From Candidatus Fraserbacteria bacterium (GTDB lineage Bacteria > Bipolaricaulota > Bipolaricaulia > RBG-16-55-9): 28,713 nt of DNA. Where the stretch lies: assembly GCA_037442925.1 (NCBI GenBank), contig JBBIPG010000027.1:1-28713 (forward strand). Reading direction: 5' to 3'. Positions 15,656 to 24,826 of the stretch are shown here, piece by piece. Positions within the stretch are counted from its first letter, which is position 1, and each line of letters starts with the position of its first letter. A program made the translations under genes and the position numbers. The notes under the pieces were generated by a model. It saw nothing but the letters and a program-made list of their open reading frames with translations. It ran no database searches and was not told the origin of the DNA.

Positions 15656-18118
15656 ATGAGTCGCATTGAGCGTACCCACATCGAAGACGAGATGCGGGAA
15701 AGCTACATCAACTACGCCATGAGCGTGATTAGGGGACGTGCCATCCCCGACGTGCGCGATGGCCTGAAACCCGTACAACGGCGCATTCTCTACTCCATGC
15801 ACCAGCTGGGTCTACCGTCGAATCGACCCCACAAGAAGTGCGCCCGTATCGTCGGTGAGACGATGGGTAAGTACCACCCCCATGGTGACCAGGCGGTCTA
15901 CGACACGATGGTCAATATGGCCCAGCCCTTTTCGTTTAGATACCCCTTGGTCGACGGGCAGGGCAACTTCGGAAGCATCGACGGCGATGAACCGGCTGCT
16001 ATGCGCTACACCGAAGCCCGACTCTCAGCCATCAGCGAGGAATTTCTATCTGAGATCAACGAAGAGACCGTCGATTTCGTCCCTAACTTCGATGACTCGC
16101 TCACAGAACCAGCCGTTCTTCCCGCCAAGATCCCGAACCTGCTCATCAACGGCTCTTGGGGCATCTCGGTGGGGATGACTACCCAGATCCCACCTCACCA
16201 TCTGGGTGAAGTCGTCGATGCTCTGGTGTATCTCATTGATCACCCGGAAAGCGACTGGGATCAACTTAAGAAATTCATCAAGGGGCCGGATTTCCCAACA
16301 GGTGGGATGATCTTAGGGCGTGATGGCTTCGAGCAAGCCTACCGGACGGGCGAAGGCAAGATCCGTGTGCGCGGTCGGGCGACCGTCGAAGAGGACAAGA
16401 TCATCATCACGGAGATCCCGTATCAGGTGAGGAAGTCCACGATTGTTGAGACCATCGCCCAAAAAGTTCGCGGGGGAGATCTCGATGAGATTGCCGATCT
16501 GCGAGATGAGTCTGACCGTGAGGGTCTGCGCATCGTCGTGGAGATCAAGCGGACAGCCAACCCGCAAGTTGTGCTGAGCAAGCTCTACAAGTACACGCCG
16601 CTCGAGTGGACCTTTGGAGCCAATTTTCTGGTCATTATCGACGGCAACCCGCGTAAGCTCTCCCTCAAGGAGATCTTGGGCGCGTTCGTTGCACATCGGC
16701 GTGACGTCGTGCGCCGCCGGACGAACTATCGTCTTCGCATCGCTCGTGAGCAGGCCCACATTCTCGAAGGCTTGCGGGTCGTGCTCAAGAATCAAGATGA
16801 GATCATTGAGCTCATTCGCAAGGCGAAAGATCCCGAAGAGGCCATGGCCAGGCTACAGAAGAAGTACGAACTCTCCGAGATCCAGGCAGATGCGATCCTC
16901 AAGATGAGACTTCGCCAGTTGACGGGACTGGAGCGCGAGAAGATCGAGGAGGAGTACAAGCAGAAGAAGCGTGAGATCAAAGAGTACGAGGAGATCCTGG
17001 GAAGTGCCGAACGCCTCGATGCTCTGATCAAGCAGGAGCTTACGGAGATCAAGAAGAAGTACGCAGATGAGCGCCACACAGAGATCGTTGCGGATACCGA
17101 TGGCATGGATCTCACGGATGAGTCGCTCATCCCCGATCAGGATCTGGTGGTAGGCGTATCGAGCAAGGGATACGTGAACGCTCCTCCTGAGGAAGTCTTT
17201 CGGCGTCAACATCGAGGCGGCAAAGGCGTCATCGCCATGAGGCTTAGAGAAGGCGACACCATCAAAGACATCTTCAAGATCGGAAGAGCTGACAATCTGC
17301 TCATCTTCACGAGTGCGCATAAGGCCTATAAGCTCAAGGCGTATCAGATGCCCTCCGCGCGCCGCGACTCCAAGGGTGAGAACTTACGAGCCATGATTGG
17401 CATGTCCCCGGAGGAGGAGGTCCTTTCGCTGATCCCGCTCAAAGTGCGCTCGGAAGAAGAGGCTTCCAAGCTCTACTGTCTGATGGCTACCCGAGGCGGA
17501 ATCGTGAACCGTAACGAGCTGGCGGATTATCTGAACGCTCACGTCAACGGGATCATCGCCCTGAACGCTGAGGAAGGCGATCACATCGTGGATGTAGTCG
17601 TCTCGGACGGCAAGGGGGAAGTGATCCTAGCCAGCGCAGAAGGTCAGACTATTTGCTTCCCCGAGGAGCAAGCGCGTCTGACGGGGCGACCCTCCAAGGG
17701 CGTCATTGGCATGCGGCTCAACCCTGGCGATGCCGTGGTGGCGATGACCGTGCTGCAAGCGGGGGATCCTGAGGACAAGCTCTTGCTTGTCACGGAGAAT
17801 GGCTTTGGAAAGCGCACGCCGCTCAATGAGTTCCCGCGTCAGAACCGGGGCGGCAAGGGAGTCTTGGGCATCAAAGTGAGCGAGAAGACTGGGAACGTCG
17901 TGGCAATTAAGAAAGTGAAAGATGACGATGAAGTCATGATCACCACCGAACAGGGCAAGATCATTCGTATTTTGGCAAACGATGTGCGCGTGGTCAGCCG
18001 CTACGCTTTGGGTGTCAAAGTGATCGATCTTGAGCCGGGTGATAAAGTGGTATCCATCGTGCGACAATCTCAGACGAAAGAGGATGAACCCTCCGAGAAC
18101 GGCCCAAACGGCGAATGA
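15656..18118 (+). CDS. gyrA: DNA gyrase subunit A
   Basis: [33 protein letters not shown], GyrA-box QHRGGKG, C-terminal pinwheel repeats and acidic tail. Confidence 0.95.
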   Translation: MSRIERTHIEDEMRESYINYAMSVIRGRAIPDVRDGLKPVQRRILYSMHQLGLPSNRPHKKCARIVGETMGKYHPHGDQAVYDTMVNMAQPFSFRYPLVDGQGNFGSIDGDEPAAMRYTEARLSAISEEFLSEINEETVDFVPNFDDSLTEPAVLPAKIPNLLINGSWGISVGMTTQIPPHHLGEVVDALVYLIDHPESDWDQLKKFIKGPDFPTGGMILGRDGFEQAYRTGEGKIRVRGRATVEEDKIIITEIPYQVRKSTIVETIAQKVRGGDLDEIADLRDESDREGLRIVVEIKRTANPQVVLSKLYKYTPLEWTFGANFLVIIDGNPRKLSLKEILGAFVAHRRDVVRRRTNYRLRIAREQAHILEGLRVVLKNQDEIIELIRKAKDPEEAMARLQKKYELSEIQADAILKMRLRQLTGLEREKIEEEYKQKKREIKEYEEILGSAERLDALIKQELTEIKKKYADERHTEIVADTDGMDLTDESLIPDQDLVVGVSSKGYVNAPPEEVFRRQHRGGKGVIAMRLREGDTIKDIFKIGRADNLLIFTSAHKAYKLKAYQMPSARRDSKGENLRAMIGMSPEEEVLSLIPLKVRSEEEASKLYCLMATRGGIVNRNELADYLNAHVNGIIALNAEEGDHIVDVVVSDGKGEVILASAEGQTICFPEEQARLTGRPSKGVIGMRLNPGDAVVAMTVLQAGDPEDKLLLVTENGFGKRTPLNEFPRQNRGGKGVLGIKVSEKTGNVVAIKKVKDDDEVMITTEQGKIIRILANDVRVVSRYALGVKVIDLEPGDKVVSIVRQSQTKEDEPSENGPNGE

Positions 18119-18124
18119 GCTTCC

Positions 18125-19345
18125 ATGAGCAAGAAATCCGTAAGCGAAGCGTTGGCAGTGATCCAGCGCCGCGCCGTGGAGATCATCCCTGAGGCAGATT
18201 TGCGTCGCAAGCTGGAGAGCTCAAAGCGCTCCGGCAAGCCTCTCAGGGTGAAATTGGGAGTCGATCCCACGGCTCCTGACATTCACTTGGGAATCTCAAT
18301 CCCACTTAGAAAGCTCAGAGATTTTCAGGATCTGGGGCACACGGCTGTTCTGATCGTGGGAGATTTCACTGCTCGTATCGGCGATCCGTCCGAGAGAAAT
18401 ACTACCCGCCCGCTACTGTCGGTCGAGCAGATCGAGCACAACATGAAGACCTACCGGGAGCAGGCTTTTAAGATTCTCGATCCCGATAAGACAGAGTTCC
18501 GCTACAACTCCCAGTGGCTCGAGGGCATGAGCTTTAAAGACATCATGGAGTTGACTTCACGATACACTGTCGCCCGCATGTTAGAACGCGATGATTTTTC
18601 CGTGCGATTCCGTGAAGGCCAGTCGATCACCCTGCTTGAGTTTCTCTACCCACTGGCTCAGGCATACGATTCGGTGGCTGTCCAAGCCGATGTGGAACTG
18701 GGAGGCACGGATCAGCGCTTCAATCTGCTCGTCGGCCGTGAGATCCAAGAGCGGTACGGGCAAGAGCCTCAAGCGGTCGTGATCATGCCTCTTCTGGAAG
18801 GGACCGATGGAGTCAAGAAGATGAGCAAGTCCTATGGCAACTACATCGGGATTACCGAGCCTCCCTCTGAGATGTATGGCAAGCTCATGTCGATTCCCGA
18901 TGCCATGATCGAAAAGTACGTGGCTCTGCTTACGGATCTCAATTGGGCACAACTAAAGAAGGAGCACCCCAAGGAGCAGAAGAGCGTGCTGGCTCATGAG
19001 ATTGTCAAGATGTATCACGGTGAAGAAGCCGCCCGCGCAGCCATGGAAGAATTCGAGAGGATATTCAGCCGAGGCGAGCGCCCTCAAGATGTGCCAAAGA
19101 TCGTGATTGCTCGACATCAGCTTAAACCCAACGGCACAATCTGGATTGTCGATCTGCTGCAGGCCTCAGGCCTCGTGGGCAGCCGCTCGGATGCACGACG
19201 GCTCATCGAGCAAGGTGCAGTCGAACTCGACGGCCAGAAGGTCAATGCTGTTCAGATCAATGTGCAAGTCAAGAACGGGATGCTTCTTCGTGTAGGCAAG
19301 CATCGCTTTGCCGAGATTCAAATCGACACGGACCAGGGCGACTGA
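18125..19345 (+). CDS. tyrS: Tyrosine--tRNA ligase (with S4 domain)
   Basis: KLGVDPTAPDIHLG, YPLAQAYDSV, GGTDQRFN, KMSKS, SRSDARRLIEQGAV. Confidence 0.97.
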   Translation: MSKKSVSEALAVIQRRAVEIIPEADLRRKLESSKRSGKPLRVKLGVDPTAPDIHLGISIPLRKLRDFQDLGHTAVLIVGDFTARIGDPSERNTTRPLLSVEQIEHNMKTYREQAFKILDPDKTEFRYNSQWLEGMSFKDIMELTSRYTVARMLERDDFSVRFREGQSITLLEFLYPLAQAYDSVAVQADVELGGTDQRFNLLVGREIQERYGQEPQAVVIMPLLEGTDGVKKMSKSYGNYIGITEPPSEMYGKLMSIPDAMIEKYVALLTDLNWAQLKKEHPKEQKSVLAHEIVKMYHGEEAARAAMEEFERIFSRGERPQDVPKIVIARHQLKPNGTIWIVDLLQASGLVGSRSDARRLIEQGAVELDGQKVNAVQINVQVKNGMLLRVGKHRFAEIQIDTDQGD

Positions 19346-19346
19346 C

Positions 19347-19769
19347 ATGAGTGCAGATTGCATCTTCTGCAAGATCGTGCGCGGGGAGATCCCAGCTCAT
19401 GAGATCTACGAAGATGCAGCAACTCTCGCGTTCCTCGACATTCATCCGCTTGCTGATGGACACACCATGGTCATCCCCAAGCCGCACTATGAGAAACTGG
19501 AAGATGTCCCGGTAACAGAAGCCGGAAAGATCTTTGAGACGGTTCGTAGAGTGACGGGAGCGATCCAGAAGGCATTCAACGCTCCAGCCTCGACGATCGG
19601 GATCAACAACGGAAGAGCGGCCGGGCAAGTCGTCCCGCACTTGCACATTCACATCGTTCCGCGCTTCCCCGGCGACGGGGGAGGGACCATTCACTCGATC
19701 ATTCGCGGGCCATCGAAGCGCAGCTTGGGTGAAGTGCAGAAGATGATCGCGAAAGCAATAGAGGAATAA
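19347..19769 (+). CDS. HIT family nucleotide hydrolase
   Basis: DCIFCKIV, AFLDIHP, GHTMVIPK, GQVVPHLHIHIVPR. Confidence 0.95.
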   Translation: MSADCIFCKIVRGEIPAHEIYEDAATLAFLDIHPLADGHTMVIPKPHYEKLEDVPVTEAGKIFETVRRVTGAIQKAFNAPASTIGINNGRAAGQVVPHLHIHIVPRFPGDGGGTIHSIIRGPSKRSLGEVQKMIAKAIEE

Positions 19770-19772
19770 CCA

Positions 19773-20228
19773 CTACAAAACAAAGACTAACAACAAGATT
19801 ACAGCAATTACGATCAGCACGGCGATGAGCATTCGGTGCGCAAAGCGGCGCAGATGATCCAGCTGTTCCGGCTGCACCTTCACGCGCTCGGGATGGCGTC
19901 GGGCAAGATCATTGGCCTTGCGTCGCATCTTGAGTGCTTCATCAATCCGTCCCAGCTTGCGATAGACCACCCCGAGGTTGTAATGCGCGTTGACGTGCAG
20001 TGCATCGTAATCGATCGCTCTACGGTAGGCGTATTCGGCATGTTCGTACTTCTTGGCATCGTAATAGATGTTGCCCAAGCGATAGTGGATCTGAGCTTGC
20101 TCCATACCATGCTTGAGGACGTCCAGCAAGACGGCAATTCCCTCGTCGTAACGCTTCTCTTTTCGTAATGCCTCCGCGCGCTGGAGGGCAGTTTCGACTT
20201 CAGCTCGCTTATCGCTTGCGGAGCTCAT
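19773..20228 (-). CDS. TPR protein with C-terminal transmembrane anchor
   Basis: HYRLGNIY...YRRAI and AHYNLGVVYRKLG TPR repeats, hydrophobic tail. Confidence 0.8.
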   Translation of the reverse strand: MSSASDKRAEVETALQRAEALRKEKRYDEGIAVLLDVLKHGMEQAQIHYRLGNIYYDAKKYEHAEYAYRRAIDYDALHVNAHYNLGVVYRKLGRIDEALKMRRKANDLARRHPERVKVQPEQLDHLRRFAHRMLIAVLIVIAVILLLVFVL

Positions 20229-20826
20229 CGAGCCTCGCTTTCACCGCTTGAATGTCCAGCCATGTCAGGTACTTGGGGCTACCTTTCTCTTTCGAGGGGT
20301 TTCGCAGCAAATAGCTGGGGTGAAACATGGGGAAGATTTCTATCCCGTTCTTCCAGGCGATGAACTTCCCACGTAGAGTTGTGATCCCCTCTTGTGTGTT
20401 GAGGAGCAGTTGGGTAGGCGCATTTCCCAGGGTGATAATGATTTTGGGCCGGAGATGGTGGATTTGGGCTTCGAGATAGGGCCAGCAGGTCTCCATCTCA
20501 TCTTTCTGGGGGAGTCTATTATTGGGAGGTCGGCACTTGACGGTATTCGAAATATAGACTTGATCGCGTGCGATCCCGACGGAAGCCAATATCTCATCTA
20601 ATTTTTTGCCCGCGGGTCCCACGAAGGGCCTGCCTGTCTGATCTTCCACTTCACCCGGGGCTTCACCGATAAAGAGCAGATCACAAGGGACCGGACCTTC
20701 TCCGAAGACGACCTGAGTGCGGCTGTCTTTGAGACGGCACAGAGTACAGACTTTCGCTCGCGCTTCCACTTCTTGAAAGGGGAGTCGTTTGAAGTCGTCC
20801 TTCTGCTCATCGAAAAGGGATCGCAT
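20209..20826 (-). CDS. Uracil-DNA glycosylase family 4 (Fe-S)
   Basis: CTLCRL, GEAPG, GRPFVG, NTVKCRPPNNR, HPSYLLR. Start placed at ATG 20826. Confidence 0.93.
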   Translation of the reverse strand: MRSLFDEQKDDFKRLPFQEVEARAKVCTLCRLKDSRTQVVFGEGPVPCDLLFIGEAPGEVEDQTGRPFVGPAGKKLDEILASVGIARDQVYISNTVKCRPPNNRLPQKDEMETCWPYLEAQIHHLRPKIIITLGNAPTQLLLNTQEGITTLRGKFIAWKNGIEIFPMFHPSYLLRNPSKEKGSPKYLTWLDIQAVKARLDELRKR

Positions 20827-20902
20827 GTCATCACCCGAAATCCGACATGAGCCGATTGTAGTGCGCGCGAAAAGTGAAGACAAGTTACTGCAGAGTGGCG
20901 GG

Positions 20903-20974
20903 AGCGGGCGACGGGATTCGAACCCGCGACACCCAGCTTGGGAAGCTGGTACTCTACCCCTGAGCTACGCCCGC
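20903..20974 (-). tRNA. tRNA-Gly (anticodon CCC)
   Basis: GCGGGCGTAGCTCAGGGGTAGAGTACCAGCTTCCCAAGCTGGGTGTCGCGGGTTCGAATCCCGTCGCCCGCT folds as a full cloverleaf with U73. CCA is not encoded. Confidence 0.97.
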
Positions 20975-20987
20975 GTAGTTCACCCAA

Positions 20988-21017
20988 ATTATAACCGTAC
21001 CGGGGCAACCCTGACAA
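20988..21017 (-). promoter_or_regulatory. Sigma70 promoter of tRNA-Gly
   Basis: TTGTCA (21017-21012), 18 bp, TATAAT (20993-20988). Confidence 0.8.
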
Positions 21018-21019
21018 AC

Positions 21020-22207
21020 TTAGGCTTCCGCTCTCAGGATCTCCAGGGGGGGAAGTTTTCGTCCTCCCAGGAACTCCAGCGCGGCACCTCCGCCGGTGGA
21101 AAAGTAGATGTTCTTAGCCACAATGCCGGCAGTGTTGAGCGCCGAGGCCGTATCGCCACCACCAATCACGGCATATACTCCCGGCGACTCAGCAATGGCC
21201 CGCGCCACTTGGAATGTGCCCTCGCCAAACGGCGGTGTCTCGAAGGCACCCAAGGGACCAGCCCACACCAGAGTCTTCGCTCTCTTCACGTGCTGCTGGA
21301 ATGTTTCGATGGTCTTAGGGCCGATATCCAGACCCATCTTATCCCACGGAATCTCAGGGACTGCTACGAACGTATGGCTGGCATACGCTTTAAGCTCTGG
21401 TGCGATGGTGATATCTTGGGGGAGGACGACTTGAACGCCCTTCGTCTTGGCATCCTGCAGGAAACGCTGGATTTCAGGGATCATCTTTTCATCCACGATG
21501 GATTTGCCGACAGAGAGCCCTTGGGCCTTGAAGAAGCTGAAGGCGACTGCGCCTCCAATCAGAAAACCGTCCACCCGTGGAAGGAGGTCCTTGAGCACGT
21601 CGATCTTGTCGGATAGCTTCGCGCCGCCCACCATCGCCCAATAGGGCCTCGCGGGAGAATCGAGCACTTTGCTCAGCATCTGGACCTCTCTCTCTAAGAG
21701 CAGACCGGCCACCGATGGCAAGTGTTGTGCAACTCCATAAGTCGAGGCGTGCGCTCGGTGAGCCGTACCGAAGGCATCGTTGACGAAGACGTCTCCCAGG
21801 CGGGCGAGCGCCTGAGCGAACTGGGGATCATTGGCTTCTTCGCCGGGGTAAAAACGGAGATTCTCCAGCAATATGACATCTCCCGGCTTCATGCTACGGA
21901 CTGCTTTTTCGACCTCAGGCCCGACGGATTCATTCAGTTTCGTGACGGGTCGACGAAGCAACTGGGATGATCGCTGCGCCACCGGGTCCAGCCGTAGTTC
22001 ATCTACAGGGCGGCCCCTGGGTCGCCCCAAATGAGACATCAAGACAAGCTTTGCCTGCTGATGTAGCAAATGCGCGAGAGTGGGAAGAGAGGCGCGGATA
22101 CGGGTATCATCCGTCACTTGCTCTCCTTGCAGGGGGACGTTGAAATCGACCCGAACGAGTACACGTTTTCCTGGGAAGTCGAGCTCTTTGATCGTTCGCA
22201 GTCTCAA
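21020..22207 (-). CDS. pgk: Phosphoglycerate kinase
   Basis: RVDFNVP, SHLGRP, LLENLRF, NDAFGTAHRAHAS, GGGDT, STGGGA. Confidence 0.97.
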   Translation of the reverse strand: MRLRTIKELDFPGKRVLVRVDFNVPLQGEQVTDDTRIRASLPTLAHLLHQQAKLVLMSHLGRPRGRPVDELRLDPVAQRSSQLLRRPVTKLNESVGPEVEKAVRSMKPGDVILLENLRFYPGEEANDPQFAQALARLGDVFVNDAFGTAHRAHASTYGVAQHLPSVAGLLLEREVQMLSKVLDSPARPYWAMVGGAKLSDKIDVLKDLLPRVDGFLIGGAVAFSFFKAQGLSVGKSIVDEKMIPEIQRFLQDAKTKGVQVVLPQDITIAPELKAYASHTFVAVPEIPWDKMGLDIGPKTIETFQQHVKRAKTLVWAGPLGAFETPPFGEGTFQVARAIAESPGVYAVIGGGDTASALNTAGIVAKNIYFSTGGGAALEFLGGRKLPPLEILRAEA

Positions 22208-22237
22208 GAGTATCCGAGCTCCAGCGAGATCACTCGG

Positions 22238-22729
22238 CTACTGAATGAACTTTTTGAAGTCGGCCAAGTTCATTTCTTTTTCCACAAAGACCCGGAATTC
22301 CTCGCGCTCCCGGTCGTCATCGGAGAGGGGCATCTCGATTGCGGAGGCGCTGAAGACCTCCTCGGAGATGTAGATAGGGCTTTCTGCACGGAGCGCCAGC
22401 GCAATGGAGTCCGAGGGGCGAGCGTCGATCTCGTGGACTTCGCCTTTGCGGTCGCGCACGAAGAGAGTGGCGTAGTACGTGGCATCTTGGATATTGTCGA
22501 TCACGACCATGTCGAGCTCACCACCCAGGGTCTCGATCATCGTCTGGAGGAGGTCGTGGGTGAGCGGTCTGGGGAAGGGCTTTCCCTGAAGTGCAATGGC
22601 AATGGCCGTCGCCTCCGGGTTCCCGATCCAGACGGGCACGACCTTTTCGGATTGTTGATCCTTGAGCAGGATCACGGGTGTATTCTGGTAGGGATCGACG
22701 AGCAGAGCCTTGATCTCGACTTCTCGCAT
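22238..22729 (-). CDS. Bifunctional nuclease (DUF151) family protein
   Basis: VPVWIGNPEA, PRPLTHDLL, YYATL, IDARPSDSIALAL. Start at ATG 22729, 8 nt after GAGGAGG. Confidence 0.92.
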   Translation of the reverse strand: MREVEIKALLVDPYQNTPVILLKDQQSEKVVPVWIGNPEATAIAIALQGKPFPRPLTHDLLQTMIETLGGELDMVVIDNIQDATYYATLFVRDRKGEVHEIDARPSDSIALALRAESPIYISEEVFSASAIEMPLSDDDREREEFRVFVEKEMNLADFKKFIQ

Positions 22730-22784
22730 CGGCATGACCTCCTCTCCCGCTGCAGGGTCTTTTTCGCTGCGCGAAGCCGGCGTC

Positions 22785-22813
22785 ATTATAACAGAGGGTT
22801 CGTGCCTTGACAA
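22785..22813 (-). promoter_or_regulatory. Sigma70 promoter of DUF151-pgk
   Basis: TTGTCA, 17 bp, TATAAT with extended TG motif. Confidence 0.8.
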
Positions 22814-22842
22814 AGAGGCCCACGTTACCTTACGCATGGTCT

Positions 22843-22871
22843 TTGGACTAGCGAGGGCAGTCGAGTATACT
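22843..22871 (+). promoter_or_regulatory. Putative glmS promoter
   Basis: TTGGAC, 17 bp, TATACT, then a short leader with AAGGTGA RBS. Confidence 0.6.
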
Positions 22872-22896
22872 TCGGGGTACAGAAGGTGAACGAAAC

Positions 22897-24729
22897 ATGT
22901 GTGGCATCATGGGCTATGTGGGGAGAAAGCCTCGGGCAAGAGATGCCGTGCTGAGTGGTCTTAGGACACTCGAGTATCGTGGCTACGACTCGGCAGGGAT
23001 TGCCGCCATCGAGGACGGGAGACTCTCGGTGGCCAAACGCGCAGGCAAGCTCGAGGAACTCATCCGTGAGATCAGCGCTCACGCCTCGTCCGCCACGACC
23101 GCCCTCGGCCATACTCGCTGGGCCACCCACGGTCGCGTGACCGATGAGAATGCCCATCCCCACTGCGATTGTAAGAACACCCTAGCGGTCATCCACAACG
23201 GCATCATCGAGAACTATCTCTCCTTCAAAGCGGACTTGATGGCCGAGGGGCACAAGTTCAGATCTCAAACGGACACGGAAGTCCTGGCGCATCTCTTTGA
23301 GAAGCACTATCGGGGTGATTTAGCGGAAGCGGTGCGCAAGGGCCTACAGGGGGTGAAAGGAGCGTTCGCCGTCGCCGTTGTCTGTTCTAAGTCGCCCCAC
23401 GAGATCGTGGTCGCCAAGACGGCAAGCCCCTTAGTGATTGGCCTCGGCGAAGGCGAGAACTTTCTGGCTTCGGGCGTCCCCGCACTTCTGCCTTACACCC
23501 GACGCATGATCTTTCTCAACGACGGGGAGCTGGCCGTGATCTCTCGAGATAAAGTAAAGATCACTGACCTCGAAGGACGCGACGTCCAGCGCGAGCCTCT
23601 GCACATCAACTGGGATCCCATTACCGCACAGAAACAAGGCTATAAGCATTTCATGCTCAAGGAGATTCATGAGCAACCGCAAGCGGTGGCCCATACGCTG
23701 CGCGGTCGGGTGGACTTGGAAGCGGGTGCAGTGTACCTCGATGAACTGGGTCTCGAGCCGGATCGCGTTCGCGCTCTCGCACACGTCACGCTCATCGCCT
23801 GTGGGACGGCCTGGCATGCCTGCTGGACCGCGAAATATCTCTGGCAGCGATATCTGGATCTACCCATTGGCGTAGAGATTGCCTCTGAGTTTCGCTACAG
23901 CCAACCGTATCTCAACAAGAACACGCTGGTCGTCGCCGTTTCACAATCGGGTGAAACTGCGGATACGCTGGCGGGGGTGAGGCTAGCGAAGGAGAAAGGT
24001 GCGCCCGTTCTGGCCATCACGAATAACGTGGGATCGGCGATCAGTCGTGAAGCCGACTGGACGCTCTATACGCAGGCTGGCTTGGAGATCAGCGTGGCTT
24101 CGACGAAGTGTTTCTTGGCACAGCTGGCAGCGCTGACCCTCTTGGGGCTCCGTCTCGCACAGCTGCGGGGAAGGCTCTCCAAGGAAGCGATACGACAGGC
24201 TCTAGAGCAACTCGTAGCGGCTCCAGGGCTCTTGGAACAGGTGCTTAAGAGCAACGCTGGAGTAGAGGCACTGGCTCAGCGCTTTTACCACAAGACGAAT
24301 TTTCTCTTCTTCGGGAGAGATCTCTTGTGTCCGATTGCCTACGAAGGAGCTCTCAAGCTCAAAGAGCTTAGCTATATCCATGCCGAAGGCTATGCGGCCG
24401 GTGAGATGAAGCACGGTCCCTTGGCCCTCATCGACGAGGAGATGCCCATCGTTGTGCTCATCTCCAAGAACAGCATATATGAGAAAGTCTTCTCCAACAT
24501 CGAGGAAGTGAAGGCGCGCAAGGGGATCGTGATCGCGCTCACGGATGAGCGCACCCGCGATCTCGAGCGAATCGCGGACCACCTTGTTGAGATCCCACTG
24601 GCCGACCCGATGATTGCACCTATGCTCTTCACCGTGCCTTTACAACTCTTTGCGTACCATGTGGCGGTGCTGCGCGGCACGGACGTGGATCAGCCGCGAA
24701 ACTTGGCCAAGAGCGTCACGGTGGAGTGA
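22897..24729 (+). CDS. glmS: Glutamine--fructose-6-phosphate aminotransferase
   Basis: MCGI, LEYRGYDSAG, GHTRWATHG, SQSGETADT, DQPRNLAKSVTVE. Confidence 0.98.
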   Translation: MCGIMGYVGRKPRARDAVLSGLRTLEYRGYDSAGIAAIEDGRLSVAKRAGKLEELIREISAHASSATTALGHTRWATHGRVTDENAHPHCDCKNTLAVIHNGIIENYLSFKADLMAEGHKFRSQTDTEVLAHLFEKHYRGDLAEAVRKGLQGVKGAFAVAVVCSKSPHEIVVAKTASPLVIGLGEGENFLASGVPALLPYTRRMIFLNDGELAVISRDKVKITDLEGRDVQREPLHINWDPITAQKQGYKHFMLKEIHEQPQAVAHTLRGRVDLEAGAVYLDELGLEPDRVRALAHVTLIACGTAWHACWTAKYLWQRYLDLPIGVEIASEFRYSQPYLNKNTLVVAVSQSGETADTLAGVRLAKEKGAPVLAITNNVGSAISREADWTLYTQAGLEISVASTKCFLAQLAALTLLGLRLAQLRGRLSKEAIRQALEQLVAAPGLLEQVLKSNAGVEALAQRFYHKTNFLFFGRDLLCPIAYEGALKLKELSYIHAEGYAAGEMKHGPLALIDEEMPIVVLISKNSIYEKVFSNIEEVKARKGIVIALTDERTRDLERIADHLVEIPLADPMIAPMLFTVPLQLFAYHVAVLRGTDVDQPRNLAKSVTVE

Positions 24730-24826
24730 AGCCGCTTAAGGAGAGGCTGGGGGCAGCTAGAGCTGGGGGAACTGTGAGCAAGAGCAGGACAAGGAGCGCA
24801 AATCTTGGCGGCTTTGCCAGCTGCAT

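Noticed and set aside
20880..20930. Island integrated at tRNA-Gly
   Set aside because: No second copy of the tRNA 3' end was seen in the window, and the flanking genes are housekeeping.
20789..22810. Long + strand ORFs (275 aa, 246 aa) and similar shadows such as 10305-10985
   Set aside because: They are antisense to pgk, DUF151, tRNA or cox genes and carry no recognisable motifs.
22814..22896. glmS ribozyme
   Set aside because: The predicted promoter leaves a leader of only about 20 nt, and no ribozyme core is recognisable.
24690..24800. Tn7 insertion at attTn7 downstream of glmS
   Set aside because: The glmS 3' end is canonical, but there is no TGT-initiated Tn7 end at the expected distance of about 25 bp, no repeated TnsB sites and no tns genes.
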